DNA of 64,000 bases. Origin: Eledone cirrhosa. Taxonomy: Eukaryota. The position numbers were made by a program, and so were the translations under genes. The notes below the pieces were generated by a model, which did no database searches, had not been told where the DNA came from, and saw only the letters and a program-made list of their open reading frames with translations. Of this stretch, positions 38,440 through 53,018 are shown in pieces. The stretch's first letter is position 1, and each line of letters begins with the position of its first letter. Location of the stretch: positions 70,370,001 through 70,434,000 of the forward strand of contig OZ024744.1 in assembly GCA_964016885.1 (NCBI GenBank), written 5' to 3'.

Positions 38440-40916
38440 GAATGATGAAAGAATACCTAATTTTCTCATGTATAATCTGCTTGATAGTGGACATAGAAAT
38501 GTTGGACAGCCATCGCTCAAGGACAAAGACAAGCTGAAGAAAGCTCTTCGCAACCATTTTAAACTGGCAAAGTTTCAAGCAACTGGGAAGGCGGAATTTA
38601 ACTGATTATTGCGTGGTGAATCTGAATCATTCCGTTAATAATTTTGAAATTACAATATCTGGCAATCCGATGTGATTTCGAAGACCAACGCGTTCTAGGA
38701 TCATCTCATTCCAAGATTTAAATACCAGCGTATTCAGAGCAAACTACTTCTTTTGGAAAATCCGACATTCTAAGACTTGTGTACGGTTTGCGAGAAGGCT
38801 GAAGATGTACGGAAAGTCATCAGCGAGCCAACCGTACTAGTCCAAAAGAATCGATCATGAGATCGGATCACAATGGTGAAAGAGACTGGAAAAAGCAACT
38901 CAAAACAAACAGACAAAGGAAGTGATTCGTTCAATTCTTGTTATTCTGGTGGCGATAGACATCAAAGACAAGAGTGTAAATTTCGTAACGCTATTTGCAG
39001 AAAATGCCTTAAGTCAGGGCGTTTATAACCACAGCATAACTAAGTGACGATCTTGATTCAGTTACTTATGCAACAACAGATTCAAGACATATTGTAGAGA
39101 TGTTCAAGTCAAGTACAAATAGAACTTATGATTTTATCAATAACATGGATAGTATAGAATCGCTGATATGCCTAAATTCTGTCAAAAAGTTTTACCCTCA
39201 AGTTTTATCCTTTATCTGTTGCCAAAATGTTTCGGTGTGACACAAGGTAGATCTGGTAGAACAGACTAGCATTCCTATTTACAACTCGAATAACCAGTTG
39301 CAAATCTGTCTACTCAATTCCTGGCCTTGACTCCAAGAAAGCCTTCAATATTTCTTTAAACATTTTCCTTTTAATACATTTCTGACAGTCAAGAGCTATT
39401 GTCCAAAATCCAACGGTGGCACGGAAATTGCAAGAATCCACTTTTAGCCGGAGAATCTATATTTATGAAAAGGCATGTGATCTCATATGGTTTGAGAGAC
39501 GCAGTTAAGCACGAATTATACAAGATAGTTGAAGAAGGAATTCTAAACTCCCGAAAATGCATCTCAATTGGCAACACCCATTATGGCACCAATGAAGCGC
39601 GATGGTGTGGCGATTACAGAATCACTGATAATAAGGTTTTACGGAATTACAGGTGTACAACAGAGAAGCCAGAAGATATACTAATTAAAATGAATTCACA
39701 CTCTATAATCTTAACTATATGCTTGATGAATGCATTCCTGCAGCTGCAGTTGGATGAGGAATGAAGCCAGTTAGCAAGCATAAATACACCTTTCAGATTA
39801 TCATCATCATCAGAAATATTTCAAAAGGCAATCAATGATATCAACGAGTATTTCAGGTGCCGTTTCTTACCAGGATGAAATTGTTGTCCCATCAGACACT
39901 ATGGTTGTCAGAGATAAATGCAGATACACTGCATGGACACACTGGAAGAGGAAGACCGAGGTTAACATATCTTGATGCCCTAAGGACAGACACTGGTCTC
40001 TTGGAGACGCAGGACATGGCAGCGATAATGAGGGACAGAGACCGCTGGAGAGAACTCGTCCATGGATCTCGGGAATTTTACCCGCCCTAGATAGAAAGAA
40101 ATTGTTTGTAATTTGTACAAATTACAAACAATTTCTCAGCATACCAAATCGGTAAGACTAAGATTTCAGAGTGGAAACGATGTCCAGCAAATTACCAACC
40201 TTGGAAATGCGTTTATACCGACTTCTGCGGTCCATTTCTCTAGCAATACTATGCAATCGTGATTATTGACGCCTATTCCCGACGGTCAGAAATCTATCTC
40301 ACAAAAGCACCAAATCCCGAATTCATGATGCTTGCGTTGCGGAAAATATTCAACCGCGAGGGAGTTCCAAGTGCTTTGGTTAATGATAATGGAAATCATT
40401 TCGCCGCTTTGTATATTACAAACAGTTTAGAAGGTGTCGGGTGTCGGCATCTCTTTACTGCTCCACGCAATCCAAGATCTAATGGAGAAGCCGAGAATTT
40501 CGGAGGAACTCTGAACACTGCAAGCAAAATAAGGAACCCTACCAATTTTAAGTCTTTTGAAAAATGCATAGACAAATTTCTGCTTCAATACCGAAATGCT
40601 GTTTATTGAAATTGTTCAAGAATCGTACCTTACGTTCAAATATCCAATCCATTGCATCGTCAAAAGTACATTATTTTCAAAGGCAATGATGTGCGACCGA
40701 CCGACGAAAGCATCATATTAAAGAAGATTGATAATCAAATGGTGAAAATGTTGGATTTAGAAGTTGGAGGCGAACACAGAAGACATCAAATACGCTTCGA
40801 TGTACCAACAGAAGAAAATCAAGGTGAAGCTTATCAAATCGTACCATCTGTCGAAGGTCTTGAACCAAGTGGCAGTTAGATGATTCTGTCAAACGAAAAA
40901 ATTTCGCATTCCGAAA
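38440..40916 (+). mobile_element. decayed Gypsy/Ty3 LTR retrotransposon internal region
   Basis: Gag knuckle remnant (HQRQECKFRNAICRKC), RT remnant (WCGDYR), integrase (DFCGPF..IIDAYS..DNGNHF..TAPRNPRSNGEAE). Confidence 0.8.
39929..40095 (+). mobile_element. RTE LINE 3' fragment nested in the Gypsy element
   Basis: Matches the 3' end of 44465-47575. Confidence 0.9.
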
Positions 40917-40924
40917 GTCTAATA

Positions 40925-41241
40925 CAGGGGCGTATAACAGTCGGCCAGCGGGCCACAATCTGGCTCGCCAAACCAGTCAGAGTGGCCCTCGATGACCGTT
41001 TTTAATTTTTACCTTGTAGGCTTATTTAGAATTTTTTTTGTAACCATAATACAATTTTCTTTTAGTGATCTATACTAAGGGGCTTCACTGACAAGGTTAT
41101 GTGTGTTATAATTTCCCAGTTCCATGTTATGGAAAGAAGTTGTGGTTTTCATTAGATTACATATTTTTGACAGTGATTGGCCCTAATAGTTGTTCCAATG
41201 TTCAAAAGTTGCCCGCCAACGGAATATGTTACACACCCCTG
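40925..41241. mobile_element. hAT (Charlie-like) MITE
   Basis: TIRs CAGGGGCGTATAACA / TGTTACACACCCCTG; perfect 8-bp TSD GTCTAATA. Confidence 0.9.
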
Positions 41242-41766
41242 GTCTAATAATTCAAGATACCTCCGATCCGCCCATAATACAGGAAAGAGGGCAAATAACT
41301 GAAGCCGACAGAAATCAAGAACCACTTCAACTGCTCCAGAAACTATTCAGCTACGGAGGTTCAAACAAATACAAGATAGACAATTGTGCCAGGGGACTGA
41401 ATTTCAAAACCCCGGAAGGATGTGATGTGCTGAATTCAAAACATTTATTTTGCTCGGGATTGAACATATTTATCACATACCACATCCATTCTCACTACAT
41501 AAAGGGACATCCCAGACACCTTAATATCTGACAAAAGACAGTCACATGACAGCAACATCACCACCACCCCTTTTTGTGGTTATGCTATTTAATACGTCTT
41601 TTACCTACAATAAACGACTTCTAATACAGACTGCCATATTAGTGGTCGCTCCTCTCGGGACGGGCTTAACTTGACAGCTAGCTTTATTCATTTCAAAATA
41701 TTTAAAATAAATAAACTGAATAGGTTGTTCGAACCTCATATGTTGAAATCGATGGAAGAGTCAATC

Positions 41767-41892
<126 letters not shown>

Positions 41893-42043
41893 CAGGATAG
41901 ATTCAGTTTGAAACTGGTTAGACCATTACTCACCAGATTACTAGATACTTGGGGTAGTAGAGTGCGGTTATATTATAAAGATTCGGGAGCCAGACGACTC
42001 TTTCCGTTTCAAAAGCTAGTTCTAGTCTGGAACACATACACAC

Positions 42044-42089
<46 letters not shown>

Positions 42090-42535
42090 TTAATGGTAGC
42101 TATGATGCTTCAACAGCAGGACAAGCAAGGAAGATGTTTTTTGAAGCAGTGAGAAAATTTGTTCCGAAATTATTGCAAGTGGCCGACGAAGCTGCAGTTC
42201 TAGAATCAGACAGACCCATACAATGATCGTGTCTCGAGCTGTCTGCCGGCGAAACAATTGTAACACACAATAAATTGAGTTCAGATGCATCACTGATTTT
42301 TCGTTTTATATTATATATATATATAGAAGTGGTTACACAACAGTTAGTTCACCATACCGAGAACAATTGTTTCACCTTAGCGGATCCTTAGCTCGTAATG
42401 GGCATGGTTATACGGAACAGGAAGGACAACCGTACGAACGCGCATGCGCAGAAACCACTTCTACCTAATTCGTCCCATGGACTGAGTGCTCTACCACTAC
42501 GAATATTACCTTCCAGTGTTCTACCACTATATATA

Positions 42536-42890
42536 TATTTGAAAAAAGGAAAAGAATGGCTTCACTTGTAGTTCTAAACAATTTGATTTAATTGTATAAT
42601 ATTATAATAATATGAGTTGGTAGATCTAGTAAGTTCTTGTTAATTTCGGTAGGAAGATTTTTAAAGATTCTTGGTTAACTTTCCTGGAGAACTTTCTCAG
42701 TTTGACAATCGCCACCGACGAATGCGAGAAAGTTCTCCAGAAAAGTTAACCAAGAATCTTTAATAATCTTCCTACCGAAGTTAACAAAGAACTTACTAGA
42801 TCTACCAACTCATAATATTATAATATTATAAAATTAAATCAAATTGTTTAGAACTACAAGGGAAGTCATTCTTTTCTTTTTTTCAAATAT
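42536..42890. repeat. inverted repeat with ~160-bp arms
   Basis: TTTGAAAAAAGGAAAAGAATG...GGAGAACTTTCTC / GAGAAAGTTCTCC...TTTTTTCAAA. Confidence 0.85.
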
Positions 42891-42920
42891 ACCTAACTGT
42901 ACCAAGGATTTCACACGTTT

Positions 42921-42955
<35 letters not shown>

Positions 42956-43133
42956 AAAATGTTCAAGACCCTGACGGCAGAGCTCAAGCCGTTTCGACGG
43001 CTATTTCTGGACGAAATGGCTTGAGCTCTGCCGTTGGGGTCTTGAACATTGTCATATTACCCACTCTACTACCCTAAGTATCGAGTACTCTGGTGCGTTA
43101 TGGTCCACCTGGTTTCTTACCACACTTCCTTCG

Positions 43134-43237
<104 letters not shown>

Positions 43238-43670
43238 GAAAGTTTGAATGTATGGTTGTTTCTTGAAGAGCTGCCACAACGCAGGTTAACTATAAAATAG
43301 CTGAAGATGTCGAGTATATAACACTTGAAAACGGAATAATTGGACAGTGACGTACCAGGGCGGTTGCAGAGAAAAAGAGAGAAACATACACACACACACG
43401 CAGGCACACATATATGTGTTTGTATAGCACGTGCATGTGTGTGTTTGCGTGTGTGCGTGTATGTGTGTGTGCGTGCGCGCCTGTGTGTGTGTGTTTGTCT
43501 GTGTGTGTCTGTGTGTGTGTACTTACATAAATAAATGCAGGCATAACAGACACACAGTCAACGAAATATATTATAAAACAAAATACAAAATACAAAAAAA
43601 AGTATATATCATGTAATCACCTACTTAATTATGTAATTACACTAATGATTATATTATATATATATATATT

Positions 43671-43787
<117 letters not shown>

Positions 43788-43943
43788 GCGTGTGTGTGTG
43801 CGTGTGTGTATGTGGCTGGGTGTTGTTATTTTTACAATCTATATTTAATTACTTTTAATTACAACTAGAAAAATTAAATACACAAGAATTTATTTTGGAC
43901 TTAAAGAGAATTTAATTGAATTAAAAATCTCAAATAAAAATCA

Positions 43944-44099
43944 TTTTATTTTATTTTATTTTATTTTATTTTATTTTATTTTATTTTATTTTATTTTTAT
44001 TTTATTTTTATTTTATTTTATTTTATTTTATTTTATTTTATTTTATTTTATTTTATTTTATTTTATTTTATTTTATTTTATTTTATTTTATTTTATTTT
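43944..44099. repeat. (TTTTA)n microsatellite
   Basis: Direct reading. Confidence 0.95.
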
Positions 44100-44464
44100 G
44101 TATTACTTAAAAATGTCATTTGGGGACTTCACTGGACTGGCAACCATATTAAGTAGATGCTGTTTGTTGGCAATAGATATTGTCCACGTTTCCTATCGTA
44201 TTTAATTATTACAGTAACATTTGTTATGTTATTTATGTATATTTAAAACAAATAAATCCTTTTAATATATACAGTATATATATACATAAATATATATATA
44301 CATATATACATATATATATAAAGCTCCATAAGAATAATAGAATAGTGAGTGGTGTGCTATGGTGTAGTATTGTTTTTATGTATGTATGTATGTGTGTGTT
44401 TGTATAAATGAATGGATGGACGTGTGCATATATACATACATACGTGTGTGTGTGCGCATATGTA

Positions 44465-47400
44465 TCTCTATCTAAGGCGGGTAAAATTCCCGAGATCCAT
44501 GGACAAGTTCTCTCCAGCGGTCTCTGTCCCTCATTATCGCTGCCATATCCTGCATCTCCAACAGACCAGTGTCTGTCCTTAGGGCATCAACATATGTTAA
44601 CCTTGGTCTTCCTCTTCTAGTGCGTCCATGTAGGGGCTCCCAAAGGAGCACTGAGTGCAATGTCAACTCTGGATGTCGGTGAGCATGTCCAGCCAACCTC
44701 AGTCTCCTCTGTGTCACTTTTGAGCTGACTTTTGGGATGCTCCCATACAGCTCTGAGTTTTTCATCCTCAGTGTATACTGATTAATGTTCAGAGCCATCC
44801 TCAGCATTCTCGTGTAGCACCCATCCACCATCTGAGTGAGTCTCTTGGTCAGTGTCCAAGTCTCAGACCCATACAGCAGCACAGACTCCACTACAGCAAT
44901 GAAGAGGCGGATTTTCAGGTCTCTACGAAGGTCCGACTTCCACACCGATCTCAAGCTGTGACACGCCGCCCAGGCCTTGCTCTTCCTCTCAACCACATCA
45001 TCTTCCGTATTCCCAATCTTTGCTCCCAAATACAGGAAGTCCTCAACCAATTCCAGCGGCTTCCCGCCTACATTAGTGATCCCCTCTGGCTTCTCAACAT
45101 TCTCTACCAGATATTTTGTTTTAGTCTCATTCATTCTCAGCCCCACACTCATCGACACAGTCTCAACCTCCCGCATCAAATCCTCTGCCTCCTTCACTGT
45201 ATTTGTCACCAAAACTATGTCGTCGGCAAATTCAGCATCCGATACCTTTTTCGCCCCAACTCTCCTGCTCTGAGCCGGTGCTACAGTAAAGCCAGAGTCC
45301 TGGTGTTTCTCCAGTGCAAGGCGCATACAATAGTCCACTACGATGATAAAAAGGTAGGGAGCCAATGTATCTCCCTGGAGCACTCCAGCCAGTATCTCAG
45401 AACTCTGTCAACCCAACAGGTGTAATGACTTGGGCTTTGGTGTTGGTGTAGAGCAGTGATATCAGGTCCACTATCCTCTTGGGGATTCCATAAGCCTGTA
45501 AGATCTTCATCAGGCAGTAACGGTCCACAGAATCGTAAGCCTTCCTAAAGTCAATGAAAACCATGACCGCAGGAAGGCACTTTGCTCTAGCTCCCTCTAA
45601 TATCCTCCTCAGCATCAGGATGTGACTGGTGGTTGATCTACCCTCTCTGAAGCCGTTCTGGTTGTCCCTGAGCTTCTTCTCCATCTCAGGCTGGATCCTG
45701 TTAAGAATCATCCTGTTGAGGGTCTTTGCCACAAGTCACGTCAGTGAGATCCCCCGGTAGTTGTTGGTGTTAGAGAGATCTCCCTTCTTTGGCACTGGGA
45801 CGATGTTACTGATCCTCCACTGATTCGGGGCAACTCCTTTCTCCAGTGCCCCGTTACAGAACCCCAGGATGATATCATCAAAATCACACCTCTTCGTCAC
45901 CTCTGATGCCACTCCATCTTCTCCATGAGCCTTGCCCTCCTTGATCTTCTTCTTGGCTCTCTGAAGCTCCTCTCTGGTGAAGGGCTCTGTCTCAACATCC
46001 AGTTCCTCAAACAGCCGCCTGATCTCCCCAGTGCTCTGGGCTGTGGAGGGTGGCTCTCCTAGTAGGGTCCTAAAATGGTCTAGCCATTTCCTCTTCCTAT
46101 CCTCGGGCCCCGTTCCCTGGATCTGACTCGAACACCTTTTCTTCCTCCCTGTGATCTCGTTGATGATCATCCAGCTCTCCTTACATCCAGATCTGTCAAC
46201 CGCTCTCTCCACACTTCTGATCTTCTCTATCAGTGCCTCCTCTCTGACCTCAGTGTAAGCGGTACAGAGCTCTTCCCTCATCACCTCCACAGTCTCCATC
46301 CTCTCCTCCGTAGGATCAGCATAGAATTGGTCCCTGGCAGCTTTCAGGTGTTCTCTGGCTGCACACACTTTTGGGTTTGCAGAGCTGACGTGCTTCCCTT
46401 TGTTCTTTTTCCTCGGCACCAGGGTTTCACTTGCTTTCGCCACTGCATTGGTGAAGTGCCCGTACCTCCTCGTCACACTCTCCTCAGTCCATCCAATCTC
46501 TATCTCCTCTGACTCTCCACACAGAGCACTAAACCTGTTTCTCACTTCCACTGTGAACCTCTCCTGTAGCTTATCATCTTCCTTGAAAGCTCCCCAGTCA
46601 TAGATTGTTCTCCGGGGCTGAGCCTTGCTCTTTTTTAAGCTCACGCGGACCTCACTCATAACAAGCCGGTGGTCACTACCCAGTGTACTGAAATAGCTGT
46701 ATGGTTCCGTGTTCAGAACACTATTCCGCCACTTTTTCCTCACCAGAATGAAATCAATCTGGGACTTGGACAGGTGCATATCTGAGATGTAGGTCCACAT
46801 CTTCCCCAGATTCTTCCTAAACCTTAGGTTGGTCGCCATCAAGTTCGCCTCCAGCAGGGTGTCTCTCAGTAGTCTTCCATTTCGGTTGGTGTTGTTATGG
46901 AAGTACCAGCAAGGATCTTCACTGCCCTCCTTACTCAGATGTTCATTGAAGTCCCCCAAAACAAGCAGGATATTGTGTGCCTGAGTGGTGTTGACAGCTC
47001 TACACACCTCCTCATGGAACTCCTCGGCATTCACATCACTGTCCCCCTCGGTTGGACTATAGGCTGAGATGACTGTCAGTCTTGGGTTTCCATTGAAGGT
47101 CACCCTCAACAGCGCGGGGAGATAGGCATTATTTCCCTCACCAACAGATTGGTTTTTGCACTGAACACAAAACCCACTCCTCCTACTGCAGCATTTGTTG
47201 TGTTCTTCACTGCCGATGTAGTGATGAGCTGGCTCTTCCTCCCGATCATCACACTCCTCACGGGCTCATCGTGTAGAATCCTGTGTTCTTGGATCGCAAG
47301 TATCTGTATACCACTCTCCTCGAACAGATGTCCCAACTCCTCTCTCTTCTCCAGCGTTCGAATAGTCCTCACATTCAAAGTGCCCATTTTGATGGCTCTT

Positions 47401-47575
47401 CTGCAGGACAAAACTGCATTCTTTATATTTGTCTCAGAGACAGCTGATCCATCATCCACTGGCCCTCTCTGTGGCTCTAAGCCAGCAGAGTCATAACGAC
47501 CAGGCTGCTCCTTGACAGTGTAATTAGGGGCTCTAACCCTAGTGCTGTTAGATCGACTCTCCATATTTCTTTTCA
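44465..47575 (-). mobile_element. near-full-length RTE-clade LINE (APE endonuclease + reverse transcriptase), disrupted
   Basis: GTLNVRT/IQEHR/AYSPT/GDFN/IDFI/SDH (APE); YRGISL, FIDFRKAYDSV, LQGDTLAP, FADD, YLG (RT); RTE C-terminus RLRLAGH..GRPR..DRDRWR; (TAGA)n tail. Confidence 0.95.
44472..47564 (-). pseudogene. LINE ORF broken by a frameshift at ~47108, an in-frame TGA at 45736 and a frameshift at ~45397
   Basis: Four collinear ORF pieces in the ORF track join into one APE-RT protein. Confidence 0.9.
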
Positions 47576-47842
47576 ATGGATATATATATATGTATATATA
47601 TATATGTATGTATACAGACATATATGCATATATATATATACATATATATATATGTGTGTGTGTGTGTGTGTCATTTGATGTAACAAAGTTACTAGGTTCA
47701 TAATTTTTTCAGTCTTGCACAATCTCATCTTCAGTACCACCAAATTGCGTTATACTATCGCTTCCATGAACAATCGTTTATTTTTGTTCGGAATTTTGTA
47801 TTGTATGTTCTCCTATTTAACATTATTTACTGCTATATATAA

Positions 47843-48033
47843 GGGCGGTGGATTGGCAGTATCGGTAGAGGGTCAGACGCCATGCTTTGACGCATAGAGT
47901 TACGGCCCTTGCTATTCTGAGTTCAAATCCCGCCGAGGTTAACTTTGCCTTTCATCCTTACGGGGTCGATAAAATAAAGTACCAGTAATGCACTGGGTAA
48001 TTTCTGGCCTTGTGCCAAAAGTAGAAACAATTA
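47843..48033 (+). mobile_element. SINE family A, full length with TSD
   Basis: TTATTTACTG(C/G)TATAT on both sides. Confidence 0.9.
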
Positions 48034-49163
48034 TTTACTGGTATATGGTTTAGTGCATTGTACTTGCTCCTTGTTGTAAATGTATGGTGAGGCTTCGAGA
48101 AAATGTTGTACTTGTTTGACCAATGTAGCAATATGTTTCACAAAACTTATATAAATCACATTTGTCACTTGTCGTTTGTAGCGAACAAACTGTTCGGGCA
48201 TTATGGGGAAATATGAGATGATTCTGATAGAAAATATTCGTGTCTTCAAAGCGAAAGAGCGACGAAAAATTAGTGCCACTTCTAGCAGTGTAAGGGTAAA
48301 GACTATTGGGTGCTATTCTGTAATCCCCAACCTGAAAGTTCTTCTGGAGAGAGAGAGCTGAAACTCTTCTTGTTAATGCCCAGAATCACTCTCAGGTCAT
48401 CATAGCGCATGCCATCAGCCAGTGGCGAATCCTAGTACTTAAGCCAGATCGTGTAATTTTGAAAATCAAAACCATATAATTGAAATAGGGTACACATAAC
48501 ATGCATGTACGAACTTTCCATCTGACTCTCATAAAAATGAAAAATTTATATTAAAATAAGATTTATTATTTACGTTCATTTATACGCTTTCGACGTGTAT
48601 TACATGCCTTGCATTCATGCAGGAAACGTCATTGACTTCCATTATCCTTCAGTAGAATGCGACAGTTGAATTTCTACCGACTGCATTGTCCAGCTGGTAG
48701 AGTGCTTTTGGCGTCTGAAATAATATTTCCAGACGCCAAATGTCATAACTCGCTCTAAGGCACCTGTTCGTCAATAAAGTTCACAAGCCCTTAATGCACC
48801 GACACTAAATTAATGTTATGATTTAAACACTATAAAACGAAAGATATAATTTAAATAACAGTGTAATGATGATATGTAAATTTATGTATCAAAATAGAAC
48901 TAAGAAAACACTCATAAAATGTGCAATTTCCGCGTGTCTTGCTAGTTAGAAAACTTTTAATTAGAATCGTATTTATTTTGACATTGTAATCAATCATAGA
49001 ATTATTTAATTAATCATGTAATTAATTATGATAATTAGACACGCACAAAATATTCCATACACTGCTGCAGTGAATATATATGCACATACACGCGGGCACA
49101 TTCACACACATATATATGAGCAGTCATTACAAATTAGCAGAGAATATATATATATATATATAA

Positions 49164-49309
<146 letters not shown>

Positions 49310-50105
49310 GGTAAACAGAAATAACAACACAATCGGTACAGTATATGGAAGGAATATATTAGGTTAACGCTTGGAATAGCAGGAAGAGGGTCTTAAGGTT
49401 TCGGACGCTAGTCCTTCATTAGAAGAAAGACTGAGAAATAAGATAGATTGAAGGGACGGATGGGGTTGAAATGGAAAAAATGTCTTTAGATAAAAATAAC
49501 AGGTCCATTCATGTTGACATTTCTCGCAAAACTGTTGGTGCTGGCGTTTTGTGTATGATTTATTTTTTTATAAAAGTGGATGATGGAGCGCGTCTACCTG
49601 AAATGGAAAAAAAACGTTTTGTAAAAAGAGCTATACTTGTGCACGTGCGTAAGCCTGTGTGTGTGTGTGTGTGTGTGTGTTATTATACGTCCGTACGAAG
49701 CTAAGAAGAAATGTGAGTGTATATGTAAGTAAAAGAGTCTGTGTGCATGTAAGTACAAAACTATGAGCAAAAGTATGTTAATATAAGGGTGTGTATGTGT
49801 GCATACAGAGCAGTGAAGGGAAAAGTGGAGTGTGCATATTTTGTCGGTCTGTATTAGTTGTAAGAGAAGATGTTTATGATCATGAGAGAGCGATATGAAT
49901 TTAGGGGTGAATGTACAAGCGTGTGTGATAATGGGCGGTGTATTAAAGAAATTGGTGGGGGTGAGTTGAGTCCAAGAGGGGAATAGAACCCAAGACGGTG
50001 AATCAGACTCTGTTCAGTCCTGGTGCGCGAGGCCTGTGATCCATGATGTAAAAGGACACCCAGGACTGAGACATCTAGGGAAGAATGACCAGGAGAACAA
50101 TTGTG
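49310..50105 (-). mobile_element. Penelope-like element 3' end: GIY-YIG C-terminus plus pLTR with a decayed hammerhead (49391-49426)
   Basis: SPGHSSLDVSVLGV..R.RTEQSLIHRLG..SPLGLN; downstream TCTT-CTAATGA-AGGACTAGCGTCC-GAAACCTT-AAGA. Confidence 0.75.
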
Positions 50106-50229
50106 CATTTCCGCTCACCTTTCTACAGTTCTCCATGAGAAATTCATGCATTTTCAAAAGTGTGTGTACCCTCCATTATTGATTTGGAATATATATATAT
50201 ATATAATGGTGTTGAAAAAACCCATTTTC

Positions 50230-50880
50230 TTTCTCAGCGAACCTCAGTTATTTCAAATGCTTTCAGAAAGAACTGTACACATTTCTTAAACCACTGACTT
50301 GGTCTGTGCTGGGGGCGTTTTTCACAAGCAAACTCATCATACAATATCTGCTTGGGACTCCTTTGATCATCCATTCGTACAAGGTATCTGGTCCAGCGTA
50401 AACGGTGCTTCTGTACCATTGTCTCAATATTCATAATGTTGACTTCCCTCACAATCTCTGTGTCTAAAGAGTGTGAGCATCATCTGGCATTTAGTATAGG
50501 CCTTAAATATATCTGAGGAAATCGCCCAACAACCTTTACTGGGGGTTTTTAGAAGACATGTGTAAAGAAGAAAAGTCAATAAACATACATGATACACAGA
50601 AATGTTTAACCACATAAAGACTTTCTGCGACCAGATACAAAACACAGGAACCCTGAAGTCGTCAGCGACTTTCTGAAGATATTTCATCATCTAAGGAACA
50701 TGACCGTATATGTATGCTACCTAGGTAGAAAACTTGTTGATTACTTTCAGTTCCTTCGACTGAGATAGCTTCACGTGTGTGTATCCTGGGGTAGGTTGGG
50801 ACATTATAATAGTCTTGTCCAGGCTAATGCTGAGGCCAAATGCCTTACTAGATACGGAAATATATTTATGCTGCATTTTG
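50230..50880 (-). mobile_element. decayed RTE-BovB C-terminal fragment
   Basis: AFGLSISLDKT; HRLRWTRYLVRMDDQRSPKQILY. Confidence 0.75.
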
Positions 50881-50930
50881 AGGCCCATATACATATATAT
50901 GTATGTACGTGTGTATGTATGTATGTATAT

Positions 50931-51029
<99 letters not shown>

Positions 51030-51046
51030 TGTGTGTGTGTGTATGT

Positions 51047-51540
51047 TAATAGGACTACCTTATGGAAGATTCTGATTAATCTCGGTTGTCCTGACAAATT
51101 CGTATCAGTCCTGAGGGGTTTTCATGATGTTATATAAGCTTGGATCAATATAGGTGGACAAGTGTCAGATCCCATTTTTGTTAAAAATGGGGTAAAACAA
51201 GGGGGTGTGCCTGCACTTACTCTGTTTCCATTGTATTTCTCTATGGTTTTACTTATGGCATTTGGGGACTTCACACATGGAATATATATTAAGTTTTGAT
51301 CGAAAGGCAAGTTGTTTGACATCAGACGGTTTACTACTAAGGAAATTTGTTCACTTCTTTAATACGCAATTTTTTTTTTAATGCAGATGATTGTGATCTT
51401 ATTGCTTTGTCTGAGAGTGACATGCAGCACTGCGTTGATTCCTTTTCAGAGGCATGCAGCGTGTAGGATCTGACAATCAGTCTGACCAAGACAGTTGTCG
51501 TCTATCAAGCTCCTTCATGCAGGGATTTCACCGAGCCATT
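51047..51540 (+). mobile_element. decayed RTE-BovB RT fragment
   Basis: VNRTTLWKILINLGCPDKFV..GVKQGGVPALTLF..ADDCDL. Confidence 0.75.
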
Positions 51541-51624
51541 TAAAGAAACCAGCTGGATTTACCTTTAAAATTAACTTTGAAATTAATGCATACAAGATTT
51601 CACAGCTCTAACATCACTTCGTGG

Positions 51625-51670
<46 letters not shown>

Positions 51671-51803
51671 CAAAATTTAGTACAGTATAATCGAAGCTCT
51701 AGTTGCAGCCAAGCTAACGTATGCAATCGGGGTGCGCAGCTAAGCACTCAGTAAGGTTTATTACCTTAGATATATATATATATATACACCCACGTGTATA
51801 TAT

Positions 51804-51849
<46 letters not shown>

Positions 51850-52023
51850 ATAATAATAAATTTGAAGACTAAAATCCAAAGAGGGCTCGATAAGGATAAA
51901 TATATATCAAATATATAAGAACCGTTGAGCAAAAATTTATTAAAATAACAGATTAAAGTTTAAGCAAAGAATCGCTGCGATTCTTTGCTTAAGCTTTAAT
52001 GTGTTATTTTAATAAATAAATAA

Positions 52024-52149
<126 letters not shown>

Positions 52150-52153
52150 ATAT

Positions 52154-52204
<51 letters not shown>

Positions 52205-52912
52205 TATATATATATATACACGTGGGTGTATATATATATAACAATGAATGTGTGGTAAGATACCAGGTGAACCATAACGCACGAGAGTACTCGATACTTA
52301 GGTTAGTAGAGTGGGTAATAGGAAAAGAGTCAGGTCCCCGACGGCTGAGCTCCGACCGTTTCGACAGCTAGATCCGAGTTCGTGTGTGTGTGTGTGTGTA
52401 TATATGTCTGTCTGTATGTATGTATGTATGTATGTATGTATGTATGCGTGGTTGGGTCCTTCGACGACTAAATCGGCAACCCCACCACTCTTGCTTGGTG
52501 AGGAGGGTGATTTTGGACACCCCGTTGGATGAAAAACAAAGCCCGTCAAAGGGGGGTGGAACTCAGGAGAGCCAACGGCCATCCAATAATTTTTTTTTTT
52601 TTTTTTCGTTTTTGCGGCGCGAGAGACTCCTAGTCTTCATTAAGACATCTCTCTAGTAGAAGGTCACATTGATATAAAACCTGCGACTTCTTTTGCATCT
52701 AATGATGTGGACCGGTTCTACTTTTTGGTTAAATGCATTCGATGTTCAGAGAGTGGGATTGACCCCGTGCAAAACCTTTCCTCACTTAAAAAAGTTTTAA
52801 GCACGGGCATCGCTTGATATGTGACATTTTTTGCGATATAAGGGATTGCTGGCCAGAGAGAGAGGGGAGAGAGAGAGAGAGAGATAAAGAGAGAGAGATA
52901 GAGAGAGAGAGA

Positions 52913-53018
<106 letters not shown>

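Noticed and set aside
42092-42226. Short protein-like frame (GSYDASTAGQARKMFFEAVRKFVPKLL...)
   Set aside because: No recognisable family, start codon or splice context
43301-43340. CTGAAGA...GAAAAC motif
   Set aside because: Could not build stems I and III
47843-47930. tRNA gene
   Set aside because: The A/B boxes belong to a SINE head and are followed by the SINE body and a TSD
50230-51540. Single RTE insertion with a twin-priming inversion
   Set aside because: The two oppositely oriented fragments overlap in protein homology and are heavily decayed, so independent insertions are equally likely
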